This document shows positions 1 through 8,400 of a stretch of 38,898 nt of DNA, piece after piece (the first letter of the stretch is position 1; every line of letters starts with the position of its first letter). The position numbers and the translations under genes are program-made. The stretch is from contig JBEKCB010000038.1 in the NCBI GenBank assembly GCA_050015075.1, forward strand, positions 1 to 38,898, written 5' to 3'. This DNA comes from Candidatus Brocadiia bacterium. Its GTDB lineage: Bacteria; Planctomycetota; Brocadiia; CAIUPP01. The notes beneath the pieces are model-generated. The model was not told the DNA's origin, made no database searches, and saw only the letters and a list, made by a program, of their open reading frames with translations.

Positions 1-2
1 GG

Positions 3-416
3 GGCGTAGCGTTCCGGGAGGACGTGTTCGAGCGCATGGTCAGCCTCATTGAGTTGTACGACGCGCGCCTGACGAACCAGTTCCTGAAACTCCTGCACGA
101 GATCGAGCGCATGCAGCGGCGTCGCGAGGGCGAGGAAGTCTCGCCGCCGGTCGTGGCGGAGGTGACGATTCAGACGGATGCGGGGGATGTTTGCAGTGAA
201 CCCGCAGAGTCACCGCAGAAAGCGGCGGACGTAGCGCCTGACGGCGCCACTACGAACGAAGGCACGCCGCCGGCCGAGTCTGAGATCACTGTTCAGGCCG
301 AGGCAGCGGAAGGACGCGAAGTGGAATGCGCTTTGCCAGACGATGGCCTTCCGCCCGCGCCGGGGCAGTTACCCGATGCCGCTGATCGGGAAGAACCCGC
401 GCAGGTGGCGACATGA
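3..416 (+). CDS. Hypothetical protein, 3' part (frame open from the window edge): helical segment followed by an acidic Pro/Ala/Glu-rich disordered tail
   Basis: Frame 3 is open from nt 3 (GVAFREDVFERMVSLIELYDARLTNQFLKLLHEIERMQRRR...) to TGA at 414-416 with GC3-rich codons. The true start lies upstream of the window. Confidence 0.7.
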   Translation, partial: GVAFREDVFERMVSLIELYDARLTNQFLKLLHEIERMQRRREGEEVSPPVVAEVTIQTDAGDVCSEPAESPQKAADVAPDGATTNEGTPPAESEITVQAEAAEGREVECALPDDGLPPAPGQLPDAADREEPAQVAT

Positions 417-453
417 AAAAACGAACCCGGCGCGTCCTAAGCGTAATGCTACA

Positions 454-475
454 ATCGGCTTGCGCTAAGGCCGAT
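454..475. terminator. Imperfect hairpin between convergent genes, possible terminator
   Basis: ATCGGC-TT-gcgct-AA-g-GCCGAT between the stops at 416 (+) and 483 (-). There is no clear U-tract. Confidence 0.3.
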
Positions 476-482
476 GACGGGC

Positions 483-2897
483 TTACTTCAGACGACGCCC
501 GTTGTACGTCGCCTCGGCGACGGGCGCTTCGTGATACGCCTCCAGCGTCGGCGCCAGGTGCGAGGGTCCCTCGGCGGTGACGACCAGACCGGCGTCGGTC
601 CGCCGCCACTCGATGCGGATCGGGCCGGCCGGAGTGGGAACGGCGCCTTTGGCTTCCAGGAAGCAGTCCGGGTAGGGCGCGATGGCGAAGCGCGCGAACC
701 CGGGCTCGAGCGGCCGCACGCCCAGCACCCAGGCGCCGTAGTAGTACACCGGCAGCGCGCTCCACGCGTGGCAGAGGCTGGCGGCGCGGGAGAAATCTTT
801 TCCGCCGAGGTCGGTCTCCCAGAAACTGGTCGCGCCGACCAGCAGCATCGCCGCCCAGTCCTCCGCGATGCCCCGGGCGATGAAGCGCCGGGCGTCCGGG
901 CCGCGGCGGCGCAGCCCGGTCACCTCGTAGAGCCGGGTGTAGAAGGTCATCCGCGGCCAGCCGCGAGCCATCAGTCCCTTCAGGACGCGCGGGACGCGCT
1001 TTGCCGGGACGAGCTCCTCGCTCAACGCCATCGCCTGCACCAGGTCGCAGAAATGCCATCGCTTGCCGCGCTCGAGGAAGGCGGCCAGCGCGCCCTGCTT
1101 CTGGTCCCAGAAGCCGCGCAGGATGGCCGCGCCCAGCGCGCGCCGCTGCGCCTCGACCGCCCGCGCCTTCTCCTTTCGCCCGGCGCGGTCGAGCATCCAC
1201 TCGTAGCTCCGCAGCGCCTCGTGCAGATAGAGATTGTACGGCGCATCGAAGCGGTCGCCGGGATAATCGTTGCCGAACTTGAACCCCGCGAGCGAGTCCG
1301 CCCACTCGTAGAGCTGCCACGTCTGCGGCCCGCCCGGCGGCCGATAAAGCCCGAGCGACGCGTCGAAGTCCTTCGCCAGCGACTCGGCGAGCATCCCTTC
1401 GATCTGGCCGGCGAAGGTCTCGAACAGCGCCGGGTCGCCGCTGTAGAGCCAGTGCTCGGCCAGCGCCGTGATCCAGATCAGGCTGTAGCAGGGAATGACC
1501 ACCCTGGGCTTGGCCGGCGCGGTCAGCTCGAGCATGCCATCCGGCCGCAGGCCGCGCCCGAGCAGGTCGTAGCACGCGGCGGCGAAGTCGTAGTTGCCGA
1601 AGGCGTAGTAGCCGTAGAGCGCCTGGTTGCGGCCGTCGCCGGCGTAGAGCGACTGCTCGCGCCAGGGGCAGTCCTCGTAATGCTCATGCATGCAGAGTTC
1701 GAGCGTGCGCCGGCCGACGGCGGAGATGCGGTCGGCCATGGCGTCGGAGGAGTCGAACGATCCCGCCCGCTCCAGCGGCAGTTCCGTGGGCAGCAGCCCG
1801 AGGTAATCCAGGCGGATGGGCCGGCGGAAACGGGTGAAGTTGAACTGGAGGTAGCGCAGGCCGAGGCGGCGCGGCAGCGTGAAACGGTTCTCGCCCTCGG
1901 CGCAGATGTAGCGGTCGGCGAAATGCCGTCCGCCGACGTACGAGCGCACGCGGCCGTCGTCGAGGTGCTCACCGTGCGCGATGTCCAGCACCGTCCCGGC
2001 TGGCGCGTCCAGGTGGAACGTCAGCAGGCCGGCTTCCTCGCGCCCGAGGTCAATGACCAGGAAGCGGCCGTCGGCGTCCTTCGGCGGCAGCAGCGTCGCG
2101 CGCCGGTCGTCCGGCTGCCGCAGCGCGTCGGCGGGCATCGGCGGGACGCGGACGTAGTGGACCTCCGGCTGCGGCACGCCCTTGAACACTTCCTCCTGCG
2201 GCCGCGTCACCAGCGCGTCGCTCTCCATCGTTTCGGCGACCGAGGCGGCTTCGCCGCGGCGGCGGATGTCGCCCTGGATCACCAGGTCCGCCGGCAGCGG
2301 CGAGAGAATCTTCAGCGACGGAACGGGGCGCGGGAGCAGTTCCTTCCAGAAGCCGTCGGTCGGGCCGGCGAGTTCCTGCGCCGCGCGCCATCCCTTCGGC
2401 GCGTAACGGGGACGCAGCCAGCCGTCCTCGCGCTGCGCGTCGAACTCGGCGGTGAAGCCGAGTTGCAGCGAGAGCTTCGGAATTTCCCCCGACCGGAAGG
2501 CCGGCGACTGCCGAACTTGCCAGCGCGCATCGCTGACCACGCGCGCGCCGCCCGCCTCCAGGGCGAAGATCATCCCCGGCCGGCCGATGCGATAGGTGCT
2601 GAAATTCGCCCCCTTGTAATAGGCCAGGATCGCGACGACGTTCCCGCCCGCGCGCAGCCGGCCGGCGAGGTCCACGCGCGTGAACGTCTTCCGCTGCGGG
2701 AAATCGCTGAACTGCCCGCGCGCCGCCTCCGCGCCGTTGACATAAAGCACGAAGTCGGTATCCACCGAGATGAAAGCCGCCGCGGCGGCCGGCGCCCGCT
2801 TGAGCGTGAACGCGCGCCGGAAGTTCACGTACTGGTTCACCACCGGCTCCGCCTGCGGGAGCCAGATCCATTTTGCGCCGGCGAATTCCTCTGTCAT
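483..2897 (-). CDS. Alpha-L-rhamnosidase-like glycoside hydrolase, family GH78
   Basis: 804 aa. N-terminal AKWIW...FRRAF beta-sandwich, DLGRE motif, catalytic-region EDCPWREQ, ATSFWE, SLCHAWS, and C-terminal VPTPAGPIRIEW, all typical of GH78. Confidence 0.9.
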   Translation of the reverse strand: MTEEFAGAKWIWLPQAEPVVNQYVNFRRAFTLKRAPAAAAAFISVDTDFVLYVNGAEAARGQFSDFPQRKTFTRVDLAGRLRAGGNVVAILAYYKGANFSTYRIGRPGMIFALEAGGARVVSDARWQVRQSPAFRSGEIPKLSLQLGFTAEFDAQREDGWLRPRYAPKGWRAAQELAGPTDGFWKELLPRPVPSLKILSPLPADLVIQGDIRRRGEAASVAETMESDALVTRPQEEVFKGVPQPEVHYVRVPPMPADALRQPDDRRATLLPPKDADGRFLVIDLGREEAGLLTFHLDAPAGTVLDIAHGEHLDDGRVRSYVGGRHFADRYICAEGENRFTLPRRLGLRYLQFNFTRFRRPIRLDYLGLLPTELPLERAGSFDSSDAMADRISAVGRRTLELCMHEHYEDCPWREQSLYAGDGRNQALYGYYAFGNYDFAAACYDLLGRGLRPDGMLELTAPAKPRVVIPCYSLIWITALAEHWLYSGDPALFETFAGQIEGMLAESLAKDFDASLGLYRPPGGPQTWQLYEWADSLAGFKFGNDYPGDRFDAPYNLYLHEALRSYEWMLDRAGRKEKARAVEAQRRALGAAILRGFWDQKQGALAAFLERGKRWHFCDLVQAMALSEELVPAKRVPRVLKGLMARGWPRMTFYTRLYEVTGLRRRGPDARRFIARGIAEDWAAMLLVGATSFWETDLGGKDFSRAASLCHAWSALPVYYYGAWVLGVRPLEPGFARFAIAPYPDCFLEAKGAVPTPAGPIRIEWRRTDAGLVVTAEGPSHLAPTLEAYHEAPVAEATYNGRRLK

Positions 2898-2969
2898 GGT
2901 CGGCGTCCGATTCCTGTGTGAAGACCAAGGGGCGAGCCGTCCACGCGACGGTCAGCCATTGAATGCCGG

Positions 2970-2998
2970 ATTCTGACTATCGGAATCCCGCTTGTCAA
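2970..2998 (-). promoter_or_regulatory. Sigma70-like promoter for the GH78 gene (TTGACA-N17-CAGAAT)
   Basis: Minus strand reads TTGACA agcgggattccgatagt CAGAAT, about 70 nt upstream of the ATG at 2897. Confidence 0.65.
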
Positions 2999-3008
2999 GA
3001 GTCGGCCG

Positions 3009-4304
3009 TCATGGCCCGGCCCAAACCGCTTCGCTCCGTGCGCGGGAGCGCGCGCGGAGGGCGGGCATCGCCGCGGCGGCCGCGGCGTCGCCGTCGGCGT
3101 GCGCCAGGAGGCGGTCGCCTTCCTCGCCGCACAGCGCGTCGTGGCCGGGGAAGAACTCCCGCAGCAGGAACCGGGCGAACTTGACCAGGCGGAAGGGGCC
3201 ATGCGGGCGGGCCGATTCGTCGGGAAGCGCCTCCACCGCCACGGAGCAGCCGGCCTTGACACTGGCGATCAGGTCCGCCAGTTCGTTCGAGGGGCTGAAG
3301 ACGATGGTGTAGTACCAGCCGAAGAGGTCGTCGGGATTGCAGCCGTGCGCGTCGCTGACGCCCACGATGGGCATCGGGCCGCCGCGCAGGCACTCTTCGT
3401 GATAGCGCGCCGCCTGGAGGGTGTTGGATTCCAGTTCGAACTTGCGGTAGCCGCCGATCAACTCGAAGGCATCGAAGGGGCGCCTGCTGAAGAGCAGGCT
3501 CGTCAGAGTCCCGGACGGCTCGTAGCGGTGGCCGACGAACCAGTAGGGATGGCAGAAGATGCCCAGCCCGCCCGCCTCGCGGATTTTGTTGAAGCACCAG
3601 ACCGACGAGGCATAGGGATAACGGTCGCCCTCGATCATCAGATCGCCCAGGGTTCGTTCGACTTCGGCTACGCCGGAAAGATAGGCGGCCTCGTCAGCGA
3701 AAAGATCGTTGATGCTGAAGCGCCCGCCGAAGTTGATCATGTGGACGGGGTTGCGCGGCGGATGGACCTCCTCGCCGGGAAAGATGCGGAAGTCCGTCTC
3801 GATCCCGGCGAAGGAGCGAACGGCCTCCAGCGACGGGGCGTACCGGCGGTGGTCGGTCACGGCGACGAAGTCCATCCCGATACGGCGACAGGCGGCGGCG
3901 ACGTGGGCCGGCGGCTCGCGTCCGTCCGAGCGATTGCTGTGGATGTGGAAGTCGCCCTTGAAGGGCCGACGGCTGAAGAGGTCCTCGCGCAGGGAGTAGA
4001 CGCGGAACTCCTTCACGTCCTCGGGCTTGCCGTCCTTCATCACGCGCAGCAGCAGAACGTGCTCCTGCTCGTCGGGGAAGTGCGCCCGGATCAGGAGACG
4101 GCCGCCCTCGAATTGAAGCGCCGGCGGCGGGCAGGTGGACGATGCGCCAAGCTGCTCGCACGGATAATGCAGCACGTCGTACTGCGCCGCCGGATCGAAG
4201 CGATGTTCCGCGGAATGCGGGCGGACACTGATCGTGCAGGCGGCATCGGCCGGCAGGACCAGCGGCTGCACGTCGTAAGCAGGTTCGAGCGCGCCCATCG
4301 TCAC
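3009..4304 (-). CDS. PHP-domain metallohydrolase (CehA/McbA-like) with an N-terminal extension
   Basis: PHP metal motifs GDFHIHSNRSDG, AVTDH, GEE, HPYW and VSDAH. Starts 1 nt after the upstream stop at 4306, suggesting translational coupling; alternative ATG at 4298. Confidence 0.85.
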   Translation of the reverse strand: MTMGALEPAYDVQPLVLPADAACTISVRPHSAEHRFDPAAQYDVLHYPCEQLGASSTCPPPALQFEGGRLLIRAHFPDEQEHVLLLRVMKDGKPEDVKEFRVYSLREDLFSRRPFKGDFHIHSNRSDGREPPAHVAAACRRIGMDFVAVTDHRRYAPSLEAVRSFAGIETDFRIFPGEEVHPPRNPVHMINFGGRFSINDLFADEAAYLSGVAEVERTLGDLMIEGDRYPYASSVWCFNKIREAGGLGIFCHPYWFVGHRYEPSGTLTSLLFSRRPFDAFELIGGYRKFELESNTLQAARYHEECLRGGPMPIVGVSDAHGCNPDDLFGWYYTIVFSPSNELADLIASVKAGCSVAVEALPDESARPHGPFRLVKFARFLLREFFPGHDALCGEEGDRLLAHADGDAAAAAAMPALRARSRARSEAVWAGP

Positions 4305-4305
4305 G

Positions 4306-6318
4306 CTACTCGACGCTCGGCTTGACCGGGTTGCGGCTGTTCTGGCCGTTGCCGATGCCCAGCGTCTGCTTCAGGTCGCCGTTGGTGTTCACGTACTCGA
4401 CGACCTGGCGGAGAGTCACGCAGTACGTGTCCGGGTACTTGTCCTTGTTCGTCACCAGCACATCGAGCAGGAACGCCTTCAGAATTTTCGCCTCGTTGCG
4501 GGCGGGGCCGGTGTCGTTCGGGTCGCTCAGGCGCCTAAGCGCCCAGTCGTGGAAGGCGTTGGTCCCGATGATCGGCCGCCGCGGATGATTGTAGTGGTAG
4601 TCGAAATTGGCCTTCCACATCGCCACGCCGTCGGCCAGCTCGAAGTCGAACCGGCCGGGGTAATCGGAGCGGATTCCGTCGGTGATGACGGCGTGGACCG
4701 GCGGGGCGTTGGAGTCGAGGCTGCCGGTCGGCACGCGCATCGGCCACAGGCCAGGCTTCGGCCACATCTGGTCGTTGGGATGCGCGCCGCGGCCGCCGCT
4801 GTATATGAAATCCTGATCGGCCAGGAGGCCGCGCGTAAACTCAATGTCCTCGGGCGCGCCGCGCACGCCGCCGGGGCTCTTGAACGAGAACGGCCGCGTG
4901 AAGCCGACGATGTTCTCGCGGTCCCATTGCGTGCAGCCCTCGATTTCCTGGACCTGCAGGTCCCTCGACAGAGACTGCCAGCTCGGGTTATGGTGCAGCG
5001 TGTGGTGGGCGATCTCGCAGCCCATGTCGAAAAGGGTCTGGTAGATGACCTTCTTCTTCTCCAGGTCGTCGGTCTGCGAGTCGCCGGAGAGCAGCGGGGC
5101 GAGGTACAGCGTGAAGACGGCCTTCGAGCCCTGGGCCTTGAGCGTCTGGCAGATGTCGAGCATGGCTTCGACGCCCTCGAGGTTCGCGCAGTCGTCCACG
5201 GCGAGGACGATGAACTGCGGCGGCCGCTTGCCGCCCGGCGTGGCAAGGTCCTTGTCGGCGATCGTCGGGATCACCGCGGCCGGTCCGTCGGGGGCGACTT
5301 CGCGCTTGCGGCCGTCAATCTTCTCCAGCGCCGCGGCGGCGCACCGGCGCAGGCGATAGTCCGGATGCGCCAGGAACTTTTCCAGCGGCGCCACGGCCGC
5401 TGGGTCGCCGATCTGGCCCAGCGTCTCGATGCAATAGCGGTCGTTGTTCATGAAGGACTCGAGCGACGGAGTCCAGGCGCGCTCGAGCAGCTTGACGATG
5501 GCCGGAATGCCCGCCTTCGACTTGAGCGCGCCCAGCGCCCGCATCGAGGACTGCATCATGCCGTCGTCGTTGATGTTCTCGACGCCCTTGACGAGCCACG
5601 GCTCGCCCGAGGCGTCGTGGAATTTCATGGCCAGCATGCATGCGGCCTCGTTGGGGATCTGCAGAAGCGCGCCCTGGCGCTGCAGGTCGGTGAGCGTCTC
5701 GAATTCCGGGTGCGGCATCCGCTCGTAATCGAGGAGCTTCACGAGCAGCGCCTGGATCGCCGGATCGGTGAAGCGCGGCTGCCCGAACGTCTCGAGGACC
5801 AGCGCCTGGTCGCCGACGCGCAGCGCGGGCCAGAGGCGCGGATCGCCGGCCGCTTCGACGACGGCTTTCTGCGAGCCCGGGTCGCCGATGAGGCCCAGCG
5901 CGACGAACGCGCTCACGCGGACCAGCGGGTCTTCGTCCTTGAGCGCCTCCAGCAGCGCCGGCACGGACGGCTTGGAATAGAGCCGGCCCAGCGCTTTGAT
6001 CGCCGTGCGCCGGACCCACGAGTCCTTGTCTTTCATCAGCGGCTCGATCTCCGTCGCCGCCGCCGGATCGCCGATGCGCTGCAGGCCGTAGATGGCGAAC
6101 CGCCTGACCAGCGGCTCATCGTCCTTGAGCGCCGCCGTCAGCGTCTCGGCTGTCGCCGGGTCCTTTTCGATGGCCAGCTTCTTGGCCGCGGCGATGCGGG
6201 CGTTGACATCCCCCTTGAGCAGTTGGACCTCCGCCGCCGAAGGCTCCCGCGCCATGGCCGGATAAGCCGTGAGACCGGCCAGCACGACCGCGACCGCGAA
6301 GCGCATCCAGTGTGCCAT
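4306..6318 (-). CDS. Secreted HEAT-repeat protein fused to a C-terminal polysaccharide deacetylase (NodB/CE4-like) domain
   Basis: ATG at 6318 with GGAGA RBS, then signal peptide (MAHWMRFAVAVVLAGLTAYPAMA). HEAT repeats such as LKDDEPLVRRFAIYGLQRIG. CE4-like motifs AVDD, EIAHHTLHH, FKSPGG and AFHD. Confidence 0.8.
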   Translation of the reverse strand: MAHWMRFAVAVVLAGLTAYPAMAREPSAAEVQLLKGDVNARIAAAKKLAIEKDPATAETLTAALKDDEPLVRRFAIYGLQRIGDPAAATEIEPLMKDKDSWVRRTAIKALGRLYSKPSVPALLEALKDEDPLVRVSAFVALGLIGDPGSQKAVVEAAGDPRLWPALRVGDQALVLETFGQPRFTDPAIQALLVKLLDYERMPHPEFETLTDLQRQGALLQIPNEAACMLAMKFHDASGEPWLVKGVENINDDGMMQSSMRALGALKSKAGIPAIVKLLERAWTPSLESFMNNDRYCIETLGQIGDPAAVAPLEKFLAHPDYRLRRCAAAALEKIDGRKREVAPDGPAAVIPTIADKDLATPGGKRPPQFIVLAVDDCANLEGVEAMLDICQTLKAQGSKAVFTLYLAPLLSGDSQTDDLEKKKVIYQTLFDMGCEIAHHTLHHNPSWQSLSRDLQVQEIEGCTQWDRENIVGFTRPFSFKSPGGVRGAPEDIEFTRGLLADQDFIYSGGRGAHPNDQMWPKPGLWPMRVPTGSLDSNAPPVHAVITDGIRSDYPGRFDFELADGVAMWKANFDYHYNHPRRPIIGTNAFHDWALRRLSDPNDTGPARNEAKILKAFLLDVLVTNKDKYPDTYCVTLRQVVEYVNTNGDLKQTLGIGNGQNSRNPVKPSVE

Positions 6319-6364
6319 CGGACTCTCCGTGAAAACCGGTTTGGAGAAACACGGACGATGACGC

Positions 6365-6393
6365 ATTCTGAGCATCGCAATCCCGCTTGTCAA
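6365..6393 (-). promoter_or_regulatory. Sigma70-like promoter for the HEAT-deacetylase/PHP operon (TTGACA-N17-CAGAAT)
   Basis: Minus strand reads TTGACA agcgggattgcgatgct CAGAAT, 46 nt upstream of the ATG at 6318. Confidence 0.65.
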
Positions 6394-6404
6394 GGCCGCC
6401 ATTT

Positions 6405-6430
6405 GTCATTCCCGCGAAAGCGGGAATGAC
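6405..6430. repeat. Perfect palindrome, REP/dRS3-like element (11-bp stem, GAAA loop)
   Basis: GTCATTCCCGC-GAAA-GCGGGAATGAC in a divergent intergenic region. Contains the ATTCCC-N8-GGGAAT core. Confidence 0.75.
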
Positions 6431-6514
6431 GGTGACCCGAATATCGAATAACCTTTCACAGAGCACCGGGCCGCGGCTTGTGGTAAGATGCGCGGAAAAT
6501 GGAGGGCCACCAAC

Positions 6515-6970
6515 ATGCGTCGCTCACCGCGCTCGCCGAAACCCGGCGCCTCGCCGGCCGAGAAAATCGTGATCAGGCAGGCGAGACGGGAAGACTTGAG
6601 AGAATGCGCACGAGTTCTCCATACAAGAGAATTAGCGGGAGCCAGCAACTGGTATCCGACCGCAAGGGTCCTCAGCGGCTGCCTGGGGAAATACTTCCTG
6701 GTCGCCGAGCGGGAAGGCGGAATCCTGGCGTGCAGCGTGGTCGAGCCGCTCAAGCGCGGCGTCATCGGATGGTGGTTTGCAGTCCGGAAGGATGCGCGCG
6801 GCCAGGGAGTGGGTTCAGCGCTGATGGATGAACTTGAAAGGACTGCAAAAAAAGACGGCAAGTATTTCTTCCTGGTTTACTCGAAGTCCGGGACCAGGGC
6901 CGTGGAATTTTATCGGAAGCGGGGCTACTCAAAGGGGCAGGACTTCACGGAATTGATCAAGGGGCTTTAG
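6515..6970 (+). CDS. GNAT-family N-acetyltransferase
   Basis: GGAGGG RBS at 6501-6506 before ATG 6515 (ORF track start 6488). Acetyl-CoA motif AVRKDARGQGVGSALM and C-terminal AVEFYRKRGY. Confidence 0.88.
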   Translation: MRRSPRSPKPGASPAEKIVIRQARREDLRECARVLHTRELAGASNWYPTARVLSGCLGKYFLVAEREGGILACSVVEPLKRGVIGWWFAVRKDARGQGVGSALMDELERTAKKDGKYFFLVYSKSGTRAVEFYRKRGYSKGQDFTELIKGL

Positions 6971-6974
6971 CGGC

Positions 6975-8390
6975 TCATTCCGGCGCGACGTAACGCTCCG
7001 GCCCGCCGAGACGCATGAACCTGGCGTGAACGGCAATCAGGAGTATCGTGCCCACGAACGCCATGCCGGAAGTCATGAGAAAGGTGTAACGGTACTGGTG
7101 CCCGCTCCGGTCCAGGACGCAACCGAAAAGCAAAGGCAGCACGATGCTGGCCGCAGAACCGATCAGTCCCCCCGCTGACGCGAACTGCGCGAACCTGGAG
7201 TGCGGGAGCAGCCGCAGCCCCAGTGAGCCGACCACGGTGCCGTACGTGCCGGCCGCAACGCTGTGCGCCACCGTCGCGATCAGGAATCCTGTCGGCGTCG
7301 TCGCGTAGAAAAATCCTCCCAGCGTCGTGAGGGCGTACAGCAGCAGGCTGGCGATTCCGAGCCGCAGCGGATGGAAGCGATCCACCAGCGCGCCGAGGGG
7401 GTATGCCAGAACCAGGGAAAACACAAAGGACAAGGCGCTGTATTTTCCATAGCGCGTCATGCTGATGTCCAGGCTCTTGCAGAACGGGACGCTGAAGAGG
7501 TTGATCGGCATGTTCGCCAGCCCGCCTACGGTCATGGCCAGGAACACCCAGAGGTAGTACGGTTTGCTGAAGCACTCCCTGAAATACCCCCTCACGGCAG
7601 TCCAGGAGTTCCTCCGCTCGCCCGGCCTGGCTTCCGGAGGAGGCGGGTACTGCCCCTCTTTGACCTTGAGGCACATCATGACGACGCCGACGCCGTAGAG
7701 CGCCGCAATCCCCAGGAAAAGCCATTCGCAATGCTTCTCGGATTCCCCCAGGAGCCAGTAGCTGAAAATGATCCCCGCCAGAAGGCTCACAATCCGGAAC
7801 AGCCCGTAGAACCGCCCCAGCAACGGCGTGGGAACCACGTCGTTCGTCAACGCGTTGTGGACCGAACCGGCGATGATCGCTGAAAACTCAAAACCGACCC
7901 AGAAAATCCCAAAGATGGTGAGAGGCACATTCAGGCCGCTCGGCAGCCGGCCGCCCAGATGGTGGCGAGCCAGGTCACCGAGGATGCCGCTGCACGCCAG
8001 GCCCACCATGAACAGGGCCGCGAACGGCGTCGCAGCCAGGATGTAGGGAATCCGCCGGCCCCACTTTCCCCGATGACGATCGGAACGGTAGCTGATGACC
8101 GGTGACAGGAAGAAACCCATGGCCGCCGGCAGTGAACTGAGCAGCAGCGCCAGGACCTTGTCGGACGCGCCGAACCGCTTCACCAGCAACTGCACCACCG
8201 GGTATACCGCTCGCTCCCGCATGGACCAGGCGAAGTCGCCCCACAGCAGCCAGGAGAACAGGACCGCCAGCCCGCCGCTGGTGTAGGTGAGCGTGCCGGC
8301 GCGCCAGAGCTTCCGCTGCGGCGCCGGCTGATCCGGCGAACCCGCGGCGGCTGCGTCGCGCCCTGGCTGGTCCGGGATGGAGTTTTTCAC
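6975..8390 (-). CDS. Major facilitator superfamily transporter (SLC45/GPH-like sugar transporter type)
   Basis: 471 aa with about 12 hydrophobic segments. Loop motif SDRHRGKWGRRIPY and second-half GALVDRFHP. Confidence 0.88.
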   Translation of the reverse strand: MKNSIPDQPGRDAAAAGSPDQPAPQRKLWRAGTLTYTSGGLAVLFSWLLWGDFAWSMRERAVYPVVQLLVKRFGASDKVLALLLSSLPAAMGFFLSPVISYRSDRHRGKWGRRIPYILAATPFAALFMVGLACSGILGDLARHHLGGRLPSGLNVPLTIFGIFWVGFEFSAIIAGSVHNALTNDVVPTPLLGRFYGLFRIVSLLAGIIFSYWLLGESEKHCEWLFLGIAALYGVGVVMMCLKVKEGQYPPPPEARPGERRNSWTAVRGYFRECFSKPYYLWVFLAMTVGGLANMPINLFSVPFCKSLDISMTRYGKYSALSFVFSLVLAYPLGALVDRFHPLRLGIASLLLYALTTLGGFFYATTPTGFLIATVAHSVAAGTYGTVVGSLGLRLLPHSRFAQFASAGGLIGSAASIVLPLLFGCVLDRSGHQYRYTFLMTSGMAFVGTILLIAVHARFMRLGGPERYVAPE

Positions 8391-8400
8391 CGTGGGCAGG

